From positions 60,326,001 through 60,390,000 of the forward strand of contig CM060733.1 in the NCBI GenBank assembly GCA_030704615.1: a DNA stretch of 64,000 nt. Direction: 5' to 3'. Every line of letters begins with the position of its first letter. The stretch's first letter is position 1. This document shows, piece after piece, positions 12,691 through 29,065 of this stretch. The position numbers and the translations under genes were made by a program. The notes beneath the pieces are model-generated. The model had not been told where the DNA came from. It searched no databases and saw only the letters and a list, made by a program, of their open reading frames with translations. This DNA is from Takakia lepidozioides. Taxonomy: Eukaryota; Plantae; Bryophyta.

Positions 12691-12984
12691 AATAGAGGCG
12701 GCTAGTTGAGGGGAGTGTAGGGGAACCGCGCCGCTAATGTGATGTGAAATAAAGAGTGAGAGGAAGGGGAAGGATGAAATGAATGATGAAGGTGGCAGAA
12801 ACAGTTGGAAGACAAATTGTTAGATTTTTTATTTTTCTGAGAGAAATCTATGAAGATCAGCCTATTGATTTGAAGCATGAAAGGAATGCTCGTGGGAAAA
12901 AGTGGTAGAAAAAACCTCTAAAGGCAACAACATGAGACTTGAGGGAGGGAAGGAAAATCGAGAGAGACAAAGAGACCGTTGGGG

Positions 12985-14863
12985 TGCCTCACCCCAAACC
13001 ACTCCCGCTAGAAGTCAACCTACTTGCTACAATAGACCTAAACCAGCTTAAATATGTCCACACCCCCCCTCTCCCCAAATACCTCAACCAGAAGGAATCA
13101 ACACTAACCCTTATCTTACAGGTACAACACCCCCTCCACACAGACGTCCCGACCCCCTTCATGCAACAGCTAGAACAATTACTCACCATCAAACATAAAT
13201 TAAAAGCTCCCATCCATCACCCACCTCACTTCCCCTATACCACAACACCTGTCACCCTCTCTCGTGCCAAACCAAACAAAGCCTGGAGCATAGCGGTTCC
13301 GCGCCCCCCCAAGATTACACCCACAATACCCTCTCCCCCAATCCCCCTAATTTATCAACAAAACACCACCCCCAAATATCCCCTCATCAACTCGCACTAC
13401 ACTGACGGTTCCCTCACCCAACCCGATGCGGGCTATGGTATTTATCATGCAAGAACAAGGCAAGGGGTCGCCCTCCGGCTACCTGGTCTGGCTACCATCC
13501 TAAGGGCCGAACTAATGGCCATATATGATGCCCTCCTCCTGCTAGACTCCTTCCCGCCCCCATACTTCATCTTCACAGACAGCCTCACCTCCTTATTTAT
13601 GATCTGCAACCATATATCCCGTTTTTTTTCCCATCATCACCACCCTGATCGCAATCTCATTACAGCCATTGTTAACACTGCTATAACTATAAGACACCCA
13701 ATCCAATTCCTCAAAGTCCGCTCCCACACTGGCATCCAAGGTAATGAAGAAGCGGATGTACTCACCCAACTTGACGCCACTAAACCCAAAGTCTACCCCA
13801 CGGACGACCCTATCCACATTGCCCACACTCACCCATTCTGGTTTAATCACCCCGTCCCATACCCCATTGCACCCCGACCAATACGTAATCTCTTAGCCAC
13901 TCTCACCCGTGAAGCCAATAAACAAACTGCTAACTCAATTAGCCATACAAAGGTCCATATTCAAAAATGGACCAAATCCAAAGTGTTGCACCACAAACTC
14001 TCAAACCACTTCTGGCAAACCAAAGCTACCACTGATGCGCAAATCCGTCAAACACTCAAGTTCAGATACGTATGGTTCATCAACGTAAGCATATTTTCTG
14101 GCCATAACTCTACCCATCACCATACTGCCCCCTGTGCTCAACAACACATCACGAACATGATACCTGGCCTCACCTCCTTAGCCGATGCACACACCCGGTT
14201 ATTCACAGCCTACATATTACCTGACACAACCACACAGTATGGCACCTGCATAAACTCTTCTCAAAACGTGCTGAGACACGTTGGTTCACGCTCATTAATG
14301 TTGGTACTTACCAGGAGACCACCAGACCACACTGTACCGCCATGGTTGCTACCATGCACATGTACCCGATCACCATGCTCCTGCCCAACTGGACTTTGCC
14401 CATACATACTTATTATCCAAGGTCTACCCACTACAGCCCCAACACCTGCCTCCCCGTCCCCACAATTTACCATCCACTTCATCGAATTTACATTTTGCCA
14501 CGATAGGTACCCTAGCGACTCCATCCTTGAGAAATGACAAAAATATGCCTCCCTCATCCTAGCGATTCGACGGTAGGGTTGGGCAACAAGCCCACTCACT
14601 GTTGTCACTGCCGGAACAAGGGGCAACATCCACAACGCCAACATCAATGATATACATAATAACTTCAAAATTCCCCACCCCCCATCCATAAATGCTTCAA
14701 GGAAATCCACCTCACAACACTCCGTTCCCTCACAGCTATCATCACCAAAAAACCCCAACTCGAGTTTGGTTCTTCTAACCCGCCTCGGGGCCCATAGCCC
14801 CCCCCCCCGGGCTACTTGGTGTCCCTCGGGACACTCTCTCTTTAATTTTATATATATATATAT
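12985..14863 (+). mobile_element. 5'-truncated non-LTR retrotransposon with RNase H, CCHC knuckle and restriction-like endonuclease (Dualen/RandI-like)
   Basis: RNase H motifs YTDGS, RAELMAI, FTDS and KVRSHTGIQGNEEAD. In a shifted frame at ~14115-14250, CPLC..HDTWPHLLSRC..IT*HN. Then LCPYILI..IEFTFCHD..EK*QKY..GW..AGTRG (decayed PD-ExK RLE). 3' hairpins and a (TA)n end. Confidence 0.8.
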
Positions 14864-15751
14864 AAGGCCCACCCCTGAAAGGGGACAGTAGTCGAAAGAT
14901 GAAGTGGCTCCTAGTTACGCCGACTTCGGCCAGAGAGAGATTTTTATGTTTTCTACTACAATATGGGCAATAATGGCCCGACGTGGGGGTGGGGATTTGA
15001 CTGCGGGCCCCGCCAAGGGCGTCCCGGCTCTATGCATTCCCCAATCTAATTTGTTCCCCATATTGTGTTCCCCAGAAAGACAAGCAGGTGCATGACTTCA
15101 CGGCACACAACTTTCATTCAGAAAGTTTTTTCATCCGAGGTCATCCAACGATGATTTCGGATTTCTGACGCGACCCGAAATCCCCATTAGGGATTAATGT
15201 TTTTTTTTTCCATGGAGCTGGAACTGGGATTCGTAGTAGAGAAATTAAGCTTTGAAAAAGCCCCCGGGCGGAATGGGATCCCCATTGAATTCTTTAAAGT
15301 CTTGTGGCCAACGATTGTTAAGGATAAAGGCTCAGCTAACCCAAGCCTGCAACTTTAACAAACGTGTTAGGTGTTCTAACCCATTTCTCGGTGTGCCTCC
15401 CATTCCAGCATGGCAAGCATGCAAGTCCAGACTCAAGATCGACGGCCCCTATTTGCTGTGTCAGTTCCTATGCGGGCAGCGTGCCTACTCCCTATTCTGA
15501 ACTTCCAGCTTTGTTTCATCAATGAAACTAGGTTGTTAAAACTATGAAGTTCAAGTGATGGCAACATGTAATGACAAACTTCATGATGCAAGGGAGCGGA
15601 CATCGCCATTTCACAGCTTCCTCAAATTCCCTAAGGGTTTTTAACATCCCTCGAACAGCAAGCTTTCACATATCCTACAAAATTTTAGATCATCCTGCTT
15701 TCGTCAAAGAAACTTCCAAGGGAAGAATCAACCAGTAAATCTTTAATGTGA

Positions 15752-18700
15752 CTATCGGGAAGAACCTTGCTTTGACTTGGCTCGAATTTGTTTTTCCTTT
15801 GCTGCTTTTGTCCACCGCAAACTCTTAGCTGATTTTGATCGGACCCCCGATCCCTTCTTCACAAGTTTGCGCAACCTCTTACCACGTTTGAAAATTGCTA
15901 GCACCTCAATACTGGAATACAACAGCAACCCATTCCAACAGCATGAAAGTCAAAATACACATACATAGACATTGTATATCACGTACCTTCATAAGATAGC
16001 GTTGTTTTGGAGTTCCAACTGGGTGCCAAGTGATCAGCCACTTCACACCCAAGAAACTTTTGGAAAATCTTCTGCCTCATTTATGCACTTTCACATGCAA
16101 CCTCTACAAATGCACTCCATTCGTAGAGGCTGCACAAGGCCTCATCAGCTGGATAATGCTGGTATGCCATGGCATTGTAGTGGCACCCAAAACGCACAAA
16201 GAGCCTTGCTTCACCCAATTAATCACAGATACATTACCTTGCAAAGACCTATGACAGTTAGTTACCTATCTGTACCCGGGAAGAAGTTGAATGCATGGGC
16301 ATCGTCCAAATGCCACAGATCGCCCTCAATGAGTGCAGAATAGTCCTGTTGCATCATGTCACAGCATATTAAGTGCGGTTGCAATGCAGCCACTTGTTGT
16401 GATAATGGCTGCGAAAAGTACCCCTTGCCAAATTGTCTTGGTTCCATTGTGACAAACCCTGTAGCAAAAACACTGGGAGGTATAGCCTAGAATGGTTCTG
16501 GAAAGCCCAAGGGAGCCTTTGAAGGGGATTGTGCTTTGTGCTTGTTGTGTCTACTAGGGGTGTCCTTCATATGGAACTGGCCTGCTCAGGAGACAGATCC
16601 TACAGATGTTTCAGGCATGATTTTCAGACATTGTGTTGGTGTCCAGAAGCATTTCACATCTGTCTCATGGGATGACTACATTTGGTATACACCGCCAACT
16701 TTGGTATGTTGCCCTGGATTGAAATAGAGCACAGTTGATTAGACTCTCAAAATCTGAGTGGCCCAGTAACTTTTGGATCATCACAGTCTGTTCCGCAGTT
16801 GCATTTTAGGTTCACACCAAAGAGGGATAGAAGTGAGTGTACACACCAGCTTGAATGCTTGCCAGCCACAGCTAACATAAATTAGGGTACGAGGCCAAGT
16901 GCCATCCTCCTGCTCCCAGCCTATGGAGCTCTCTTTGTGCACCCCACCTTGCTGTGCCCGCAATATCCACGGCCGTTTCTCCACCCTGCAATATTGAAAC
17001 TTAAGCATAGTGTACTGAGTTTCAACAACACACCAACCAAGAGATGTTGGGTGCTGAAAATAAGTCCATAGAACAGGAAGTCCACCTAGCCTGGGTATCA
17101 AGACGAGAACTACAGCTTTATATTGATCCCCCTCCCACTTCTCCCCCCTGCACCAATTTTTCTCTCTTCGAGCATCCCATGGATGTTTTGAAGTCTCCTT
17201 ATATCTTTCATTTCAGCCTATTTTAGGGTGCTGAGATCCACATCATGCTCTGGAGTACAACTTCTATGCCAACACTTACATCAACACTGAGCCCTTCCTA
17301 CTGGACTGTTGTTGACTGCATGAGCACTGCGGCAAAATTAGGCTTAGTTCGTACTCGAGGTTAAAATCCCATAAGCCCATCTCTTGTTATTATTCTAAAT
17401 CATGGGCTTGCAGGCAACATCACTGAGTAAACCTCTCACACTCTCCATCTCAATGTTATGCCGAAACTGGGCGTGGGTCTATGGCCGCAAGGCTACGGAA
17501 CCTCTCATGATTACATTCTCTCCATCTCAACTTACTTTCGAGTTGTTCTTGAGGAGGGTGCCTTGCTCTTGCCCTGGCCCCGCAGGGAAGCAGTGCGCAA
17601 GCCGTCAATCACTTCTGGGTCCAGCCCCTTTCTTGGTGGATCCACAATCACAACATCTGCCCCTTCCAGCCAATGGATTGGAGACTGCAACCCCAGTCCC
17701 AGATAATCAGGTCCACATGTATCTATCTATATAGTCTCAATGATAGTGGTATGCAACCTGCCTGCAAGATAGATGCTAACTTTAAGTCCAGACAGTACCA
17801 TACAAAAGGCTAGTTATGATCCTGGCTACAGAGCTCACCACAGAGGCATCAGCACAGTGCCAGCTAATATCGGAATTGACTGATGGTGGCAGCCGCGACA
17901 AAGAGAGCTCAAAAGAAGCTTTTGCATCCTTGTTCACCTCCACACACTTCACAACCCTGCACATTGCTTCCTCACCACAATAACTTTGGGGTTCGCATAC
18001 TTAAAGTTGCAGCTTGTGTGCATCAGGACAGGCCAGTTTGACCCTTGACAATCAACATCGAACACCTTTCTGTAACTGATACCTATCTCTGCCAGATATA
18101 AGTCCTCTCCCCAAGTTTTGATTTCTATATACCACCTGCCATTCATGCATGACATACTTGTGCATCTAGTCACAAAGTGGTGCAGACAAAGAAACCCTAC
18201 AACTCTTAAGAGGTGGGGAAGGGAGATTACATCTGCCTTTTTAGGAGGACCAACATGACGGGCACTGGAAATATGCACAGTTCACAACATTGTACGAACT
18301 TATATCCATGAGAGCTACCAGTGGAAGCACAAAATACACATCAAATTTTGAAGAATTGCCTGCACTTTCGAGTAGCAGCAAGGCTGAGGCCTATAATTCC
18401 CACACCAGCATACAACTCAACCACTGCGCTCCCTATTTTCACTGCCTTCTGCAGCCTCCGCAGCAGTGCATCAAATTCCTGCCCACCCATCAGCCCTGCA
18501 ACCCATAAGCCCCTGATAGACAACAACATACACACCAGAGAGCATTGCCTATCACAGACCCTGATGTCCTGCAGGATATGAACTCCTGTAGCCACTTGGG
18601 GAGTTTTGACTGACACGGGTGGGGAAGTCAGTCCAAGCATGCCCCCTCTTGCACAGCCCATGAAAAATTGCTTAAGAGAGATCATGAAGTTCTGCCCACG

Positions 18701-21700
18701 CTCATTAGATAATACATGGTCCTATTCATGCAAATGGAGATGAGGCTGAAAGGACCTGAAGATTGGCTTGCCCGAAACTGGCTGGAGTGTATGCAATGTC
18801 TGCACCACCCACACGTTCCCATAGCTCTGGCTCTCCAAGAAGATGTCTCCACCGTCCTCCAAAGATGACCTGCCATCTCCATATCCAAAATGAGTTGAGA
18901 CTGAAAAGCGACTTCCCAAAACTGAAAAATGCTCTTGGTTGCTTTAAAGAAACATTCTGTCTACCATGAGGTGACAACAGGGATGTCTGACTGTTTGACA
19001 TAGTCAAAACCTGACCAAAAAGCGGTGCGTGGCCATGCCTTGCTCACAAGGTCAAATCAAGACATTTTACTAAAACGAGGTGGCATCATAGACAAATTCA
19101 TCAAAGAGTTTAAATTTTAGGGTACATATACTTATGGAAAAGGAACTCACATTTGTACATGATGTTTGAAAATTAGCCCACACAGAATGCACAATGGGGT
19201 TGGAGCTTTTCGGGTTTCCCATCCGCCATAGCTTCTGCATCCCATATGCAGCTTCATCGCATTAAAGCTGTTGGTCTGTCTAGAAAAGTGTTGCCAGGTG
19301 ATCTACAAGTGAACATTGCACAATGCACATCTGCAAGTACCAGTTAAAGAATCTCACGTTTTAATGATCAGACGTATGAACTGAGTGTGTCCTTCCTTGA
19401 CTCCAGTGGTAAGAAAATATGTGAGAATTTCAAATTAGGAATTGAGGTACCTCTGCAACTCGATTCAGATTGTTTGCCTCCATTGAGTGCTCATCCCTGG
19501 CATTCCAAACTAATGAAATTTGCACCTTTCCTGCCCCACCAGCCAAGAGCATCAGACATCATTCAAACTCTCTCTATGTATATCCCTTGGTCTCCATAGA
19601 CACTTGAGCTGGAGTAGACAGTACACCAACTAGATTGTACAGAGTGGAGAGGACCCACCATTTGCATAACGCTCTGCAGCAGGCAGGGAGGTGTTGAATG
19701 TTGTCACCACCATCTGGGAACACCAGTTTCTACCACACATTCAGCCCTAAGCTTCACAAAAGCACAAAAATCAAGTGGCAGAAAATATTACCAAATTTGT
19801 TTTACATCTGAACATCGACAGAATGTCCAGGAGGAATTTCTTCCCTTGACATGTGACAATGGTTGAACCTGGATTGAATGGAAGTAGTGGTGTAGACAAA
19901 TAAACAACTTCATATAAAGTAGCATAACTTCTTTGTCATGGCCTTCCAAGTTCACAAATTTGGTGGGCAAGAGATACGACTACATATGGTAAACAAACTT
20001 CATATTCAAGTAGCATAACCTTCTTTGTTATTCCCTTCCAAGCTCACATACTTAATGTGCAAGAGATACGCTACATATAATATGCCGGTGGCAGAGGTTA
20101 TAACCACTGAAATTTAATCGCTAGATAGAGTATGTGGAACTGACACAACCACGCCAAACACTTAGATCAAAAGGAGAGTTCGAAAACAAGAGTAGAGGCT
20201 TGCCTGGACATAACGGAGCTCACCAGAGAACAAGTGGTCATCATATGGCTGGACCCCAAGCTCCCTGATTGCTGCACACATTCGGCCAATGTCAGAATAT
20301 GAAACAGTTGGATCTAATTCTTGGCAAGCTAGTAGACAGAACCATATGTTGCATGCAAACTTTCGACTGTACGAAAGCTTTACCCATAACTGAAATCTCT
20401 GCAAGGTTGGCAAGGCTGAAGGTTGAGTTGAAGAACTTGAAGGCACACATACCTTCTTTCACAAGCTCCACTGCAGCATTAATGCTTGGATGATGGGCTG
20501 CATTCACATACCACCAAACTTTACAATTTGCATCACAAACTCTCTTTTTCTAGAAACGCTTCAAAATTAGTGTATACAACCTTTATGAACATTCTTTAGA
20601 ATGTACTGACTACAGCAAGCAGGACAGAGTACTTTGAATACTTCCTGGAGGAAAGATACTGTCCACCAGATGCAACCCTGCCAGAAAACGTCCCTCAAAA
20701 GAACGTCAGACTAGAGCAGTGAGTGATATACTTCACCTCGACAAGAAGGGATGTTAACAATGTCGTGGGTGCCCTCTTCAAACAGACCTATCTGAGGATC
20801 CTGTGATGTACCTCGCACGGCCAGCTTTGCCCTGCACCTCCATTCCCACTGTCCCATGTCTCTCTTCATTTCTTTGAATAAACAATATTAAAATATTGTA
20901 TATGATTGTAGCACATAAGTCCATCATCCTATTGGGGAAAAGCATCATCACACAGGTGCCCTCTTCCACCAGCAGCTGGGAATCTTCACATGTCTGTACT
21001 ACAGAGTCGGACACAAATACTGTCCTGAAGATCAACAAAGGATTAGTCCTGGTCATAATTACAATAAAAATTACGCTCTCGGGATCATCCCCCTAGGCCT
21101 ACATGATGAGTGCATAACTGTGCTATGCTAATATGAGTACGTGTACTTTATGACCACGCATATACAGCCATGCCCATGTCTTACCACGCTACCAGAGGTG
21201 AGACAAAAGTCTGGCACACCATGCTTGACAAAGAACTGGGTGGCATCCTGCAATACAGGTGGTTGGTCCAGCATCTTGTCTATCGTGCAGCCCGAACATC
21301 TACACCCACCAACCCGTTACTCAGCAGACCTTTTTCCAGAAGATGGCATTAATGCATCCACCCCACAATACACAAAATACAAATGATATGGAGGTTACCT
21401 CATGCTCACTCTATCTCTGCTCCCCATGTACGATCCATACTAGATCTAACCATAAGTCAAATTGGATATTTAATGAGTGGGAGTCAATAATGTGGTGTGG
21501 GGCAAGCAAATCAAGCGAAAGAAGTCACCTTTCTAGCATGAGCTGTGGGCCTTGTCTGACCGTAGCAAGACAACTACAAACCAAACTGCACTTCTGCCAG
21601 CAGACAAGAACCTCTTATCTTTGAATGACTAGCAAGCAGTCTACTACTGTTGAATGCACCACAATGGAAAGAAAATCATCACCAAACAAGGAAGCCCATC

Positions 21701-22446
21701 TGAGAGGTACCGGGGGAAATGCTGACAGTTCAGATCTCTGGCTGACCCCTGAGCACCTCCCTCCCTGATTTGTACCAACTCTGTTTCAGTTTCCTCTTCA
21801 TTATCACTTTCCGCGCAATAGACTTCCTCAAAATCATCTCTGAAAACCATGCCAACGGATGTTGAGGCTGCAGGGGCTGGATCACTTCCATCTTTCCCAT
21901 GCTGAGGGCCGGACTTTAACACATCAAATGTTTGCTTGTCTTTCTGCACATCACTGTGGTTTGGTGCGGATGTTCTGTTCCCGGGATGCCAGCTCCGATG
22001 CAGTTTTGGCAATTTTTCTTTTGAAGTAGACTTCTGTTGGCCAGTGGGAGTGCCTTGCCTCCTTGAACGTGGCACTACAGGAGGGCTTGGTGGTTGCTCT
22101 ACTGCTGTGCATGCAATGCAACTCTTGCCTACATCAAGATAAACAAAATTGTCCATTTCAGTACCCTTTCGAAGTAGCTTGTGGCCAACTGGCAAAGATC
22201 ACCCAAAAATCTACTTTAAACGATGAACTTGGGTGGAACTAGACTATCCACTTCCTTTTTACTTTTGAGCTTTAGCTGTTCGTTTGACCCTTTCAAGGTG
22301 TTGAAGGTGCCTGCATCCCCTTGCATCCAATTAGGTAGGGGTTTCTTCTCATGAAGAACTGTGAACTAGGAGGCAGCTGTATCACCCAGGCGAGTCCAGC
22401 TCCTAGCAAAATGCGATGCCCCATGGGTTGGCCACGACTTGGCCAT
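15752..22446 (-). CDS. TrmA/RlmD-family SAM-dependent RNA (uracil-5) methyltransferase, At3g27180-like, ~14 exons
   Basis: Exons encode CQHFPR|CSGC (Fe-S-type motif), WRCRAKLAVRG..IGLFEEGTHDIV, HHPSIN, GELRYVQ, YTPASFGQAN, ELYAGVGIIG (SAM motif I), CVEVN, VDPPRKG, IYVSC (catalytic Cys), FNFFPGTD and IEVLA. Stop TAG at 15752-15754. The start codon is uncertain (~22424 or 22446). Confidence 0.9.
19899..20080. repeat. Two-copy ~90-bp tandem duplication in a methyltransferase intron
   Basis: AACTTCATA..AAGTAGCATAAC..CCTTCCAAG..GCAAGAGATACG..CTACATAT occurs twice in a row. Confidence 0.7.
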
Positions 22447-22449
22447 TTT

Positions 22450-22960
22450 AGTATGTCAAATTCGCTTGCACGGACCTCTCCATATCATTGCCCCGGACCA
22501 AAGTAGAGTACGCGAGCTTCTCAAACAGCTCTTATAGTCCGCGGTGCTAGCAAAACCTTTGGGAAGTTTACATTATATTTGCATTGGATATAAATGATCA
22601 CAATCTGCTTCCTGTCAAACATCGTACTTTCCAATCATATGCTCTTTGCACTCGTCATCCAACGGGCTACTGCGCACGCATACAGACTGACGGCCCGGAA
22701 AGCAACATACATTTCTACGACCTGCATGCCTGCTAGCGTTTCTTCGGTCACACGTCCCTACCTCGCCTTGCAACTTCTTTGCTCATCCGTTTTCTGAGAC
22801 TGACCACCTGTCGAGAGACAGCTGCTTTATACCCAATCCCACCAGGCTCACGAGTCTCCAAGAGCTCCAATTCACAAACAAGGTCGGACGAGATTCTTCG
22901 GCCAGGGTTAGGATTCCTGGATTGATTCACGAACTGCAAGGCAGTGATACAAGACGGAGA
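22450..22960. promoter_or_regulatory. Likely bidirectional promoter between the methyltransferase and GSDA
   Basis: The two genes diverge, and a probable non-coding GSDA first exon ends at a GTGAGT donor at ~22966. Inferred from geometry only. Confidence 0.45.
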
Positions 22961-23607
22961 TGCTAGTGAGTGAAATGTCCACATAGTATGTGAGCTTGTA
23001 CTCGCTGTTCGCATCAAGTTATCCATACTCAAACCCCGTTCTCGTTCAACCGCTCAATCTCTGCGAGGCAGCTCCATACTAAGATTTCCACCTACAAGAA
23101 GCATCGTAATGCTGCAGGATCTATCCAGGCACTACTCTAACAAAAATGCTCTATCACAGCTATCCTAGATTTCCCGCTGAGGTTTAGGGTGTCAAACGAC
23201 AAGGGTCATTAAGCATCTCACTTAAGATTAGTTATGGGTTGTGGTTGGCCGCTAATTCAAATTTGTGGTAACCAGCCTTTCGATTTTTCCCTCCCCCTCG
23301 TTCTAAAACTTGCCGGATGCAAGTTGCATCATGGGCTCCCAGTCTTGGAAGTGTAAAGATGTTGGAATTCTCTATAATTCTCTATTCTGCTATTCTTGGT
23401 TGCACGGTCGTAGAGGAAAGCACAGTCTCCAGTGCTCCGATGTAAGGGGGGGAAACAACGACAGCTGAGACCTTCGGGTGTCAGTTCTTGGGCGGATTGT
23501 CTTATGTAAACGGGTCTCCGAGAATTTTGAGAAAGTGCTGGCAATGATCCCAGTGCTTTGACAAAGGGAATAAGACTTTACCAGGACATTCGAGTGCCAA
23601 TTCCACC

Positions 23608-26365
<2,758 letters not shown>

Positions 26366-26949
26366 ACATACTTATTTACCCTTAGTGAGTAGGGACAACT
26401 TGTAGCTGACCATTCTTAAAAGGGGGCAATAGGAATAATGAATTGGGTGCTGGACAACCAAGTAATCTAGGGTTATGTCAGCACCTGGAGAAAGCTATGC
26501 TTATTTGTTCGTGTCAATCAATAACGAGATTTTGACCTGCACATACTCCAATCTTTCACTTTATTTGTCCTAGTTCAAAGCGTACCATCTTTTCAGGCGA
26601 ATTTAACGAGGGGAGGGGAGGTGGATCGGTTAGATTCCTTGGAGTTTGGCTGGATGGGGTTGTATATTGGCTTGCAACTGTAAAGTTGGGACAACCTAGA
26701 AGAAACTCAATTTTGTTTGATGATTTGCATGCTGTAGAGAGACGGACGGCTCATGAAAAATTCTCCAATCTCAATTGACTCCGTAAGTTTACGGAAGGGC
26801 TACCTCCAAATAGGTAGGGTGCAAAAACAGCCTTCATTTGATACAGCTCAAGATGGCCATGATGGCACTCACCACCAGTTTTCTGAAGGGAGTCAACTGT
26901 AATTTGTCCGTGACCTATAAGGATGGGCCGCAATTTGCATGCCAAAGTT

Positions 26950-28400
26950 AGCATCTGCATGGTCAAGCCCGGATTGGGTATGTGTTGGGTTGCTTGTACG
27001 ACCTGACCCATAATACCCCCTGCAAGAGTAATCGTCAGGGCCCTGCAAGAGTAATTGTCAGGGCACAGCAAAGTATTCTGCATTTTTGTGGAGCACATCT
27101 ATGTAAACGCTATATCGGCCATCCAGTGGCCTCATGGTTTCACTTTAACACACGGTTTTCGTTGTATCGTCAATGGAATCCAATCCAAAGCTGCAACATG
27201 CAGCATCTGCAGGAAGGTCTGCCCTGCAAACGGCTATTTGGTACCTGAGAGAGATGAGCGGAAGAAGGGCAAAGTGGAGTGGGTTTCTTGCATGGACTGG
27301 GGTGGCCAGTTGTATAAGCCTTAAGAAACAATGGGTCAGTGCAAAAGTAGAAATAAACCCCATCTGAGGGGGATTACATGGATGGATTAATCAAAAAATT
27401 ATGAGGACCTTCCCGATTTCATTTAAAACTTTAAAACTGTTCCGTTTTTTAAAGCATTTTACCAATGTACTTGTCATTTGTAAGCCCCCTAAGTTTCTAA
27501 GAGAAAAGTTTTGGTAACTCAACAAAAGAGAGATGTTCTCACATCATTCATTTTATGGAAACTAAGCTAAAAGCAATGTGTCTATCTTGGACATCTTGCC
27601 AATAGACTAGCTTAGGTAGAATGGGTCCTTGAGTGTAGGATCACCTTCATCATTAGTCTCAAACCTCTCTTCAAAACTTCTATTCTATCTGAGAGAAGCT
27701 ACGTCGTGAGCAGATTTCAAAGTGAGTAGAATCGAGAATTTCAGAAATAGAGCCTATAACCATGGGAACTACAAGCCATATTACTGTGGATGCAAACTGT
27801 GAAGCCGAAGGTGAGGATGGTGATCGGGATAGTCTTGTGGCTTCTGTCCACCCCGCTAGGAACCTTCATCTTAAGTGGGCGCCACTTAAGCAAGTTTGAG
27901 CATAAACTTTCCCTACTTTCAAAAGTTCGTTTGTCTATCAAGAATACAACAAGAAAGAGTGCTACAGATCTGGTCAAAAAGCTCCCTTTCAATATTTTGG
28001 GGGCTGTTCAAGCTTTTCAAGTCAGTCACACTTTGGATTTTCTACTGCAACGTAAGCCGCTCGGCCTCCCCTTTCAGGCCCAAGGTCAGATTCTTTTCTA
28101 ACACTATGTAGTTGGGGCCTTGGACTATTTTGCACTTAAGATTCGGGTGCAGTTTGCGGTGTTGTATGCTACTGTCTGCGGCCATTTGAATGCGGCCAAA
28201 ATTAAGTGGAATGGGCTTATTTGGAAGCATTGTTTTTTCAGGGAGTTTGCCAAAGAGGATGGAATCAACAAATCGAATGACTTTGAGAGCATCTATCAGG
28301 GTGACTTGGCTATGCACATGGTTGTCTAGAGGTATTTCGTATTTGATTTTCCTTCATTTTGGTGATAATAATCAAGAGCGCCACGTAGCCATTTGAGTGA
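26950..28400 (+). mobile_element. Highly decayed L1-like LINE relic
   Basis: CSICRK knuckle-like stretch (~27200), METKLK APE-like motif (~27560) and KIKW...LPK segment (~28200). All motifs are weak. Confidence 0.35.
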
Positions 28401-28759
28401 AGAGGCACCATAGTTTATGTTTGTTTTGGCAATTTTTTTATATATAGTGTAATGTAGAGGCCATTATCATCGTAGGACAGTTTTGGCACCATCCAACAGC
28501 CCCTGATTAAGGTTTCTATCAGAATGTACGACTTAGCGGGGAGACAAGTTATCATAACTCTCGTGGTGGTCATGTAAACTCACATTATCAGAAAACGGGA
28601 GTAGTGAGCTCAAGCATATCTCTTGATGCACAAAGTGGTGTTAGTGTAAATGAGTCTTGGTGTATAGGTGTTCATAATAGTGCTTAGAAGTAAGTATGGA
28701 ACAGTAGTGTACAAGAAAAGCAGTCAAGAGAATGGTTCTATAGTTCAAGGTTGGAGCAA

Positions 28760-29065
28760 ATGATGCTCTAGAAGGCAGCTATGATCCAGATTGGGGTGGG
28801 GACTTGAATAGTAAGAAGTCCACCACAAATTATGCATTTACTTTGAGAAGTGGCACAAATAGTAAAGAACCTACAGTTGTTGTATCAACTACATAGCAAC
28901 TCCATGGCGATTAAAACCCAAAATTTTAATGCTGGGATGAAGCATACAAGTATTCAACATCATTTTGTCAGGGAGTAAGTCCTCGCACAGCTGATAGTAG
29001 GTATTTAGACTAATGGTGTTCCAAAACATAAGTTGGAACAATGTAAAGTGCAAATAGGGTTAAAA
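28760..29065 (+). mobile_element. Ty1/copia RNase H relic
   Basis: LEGSYDPDWGGDLNSKKSTTNYAF, VVVSTT and MKHTSIQHHFVRE motifs. Confidence 0.8.
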
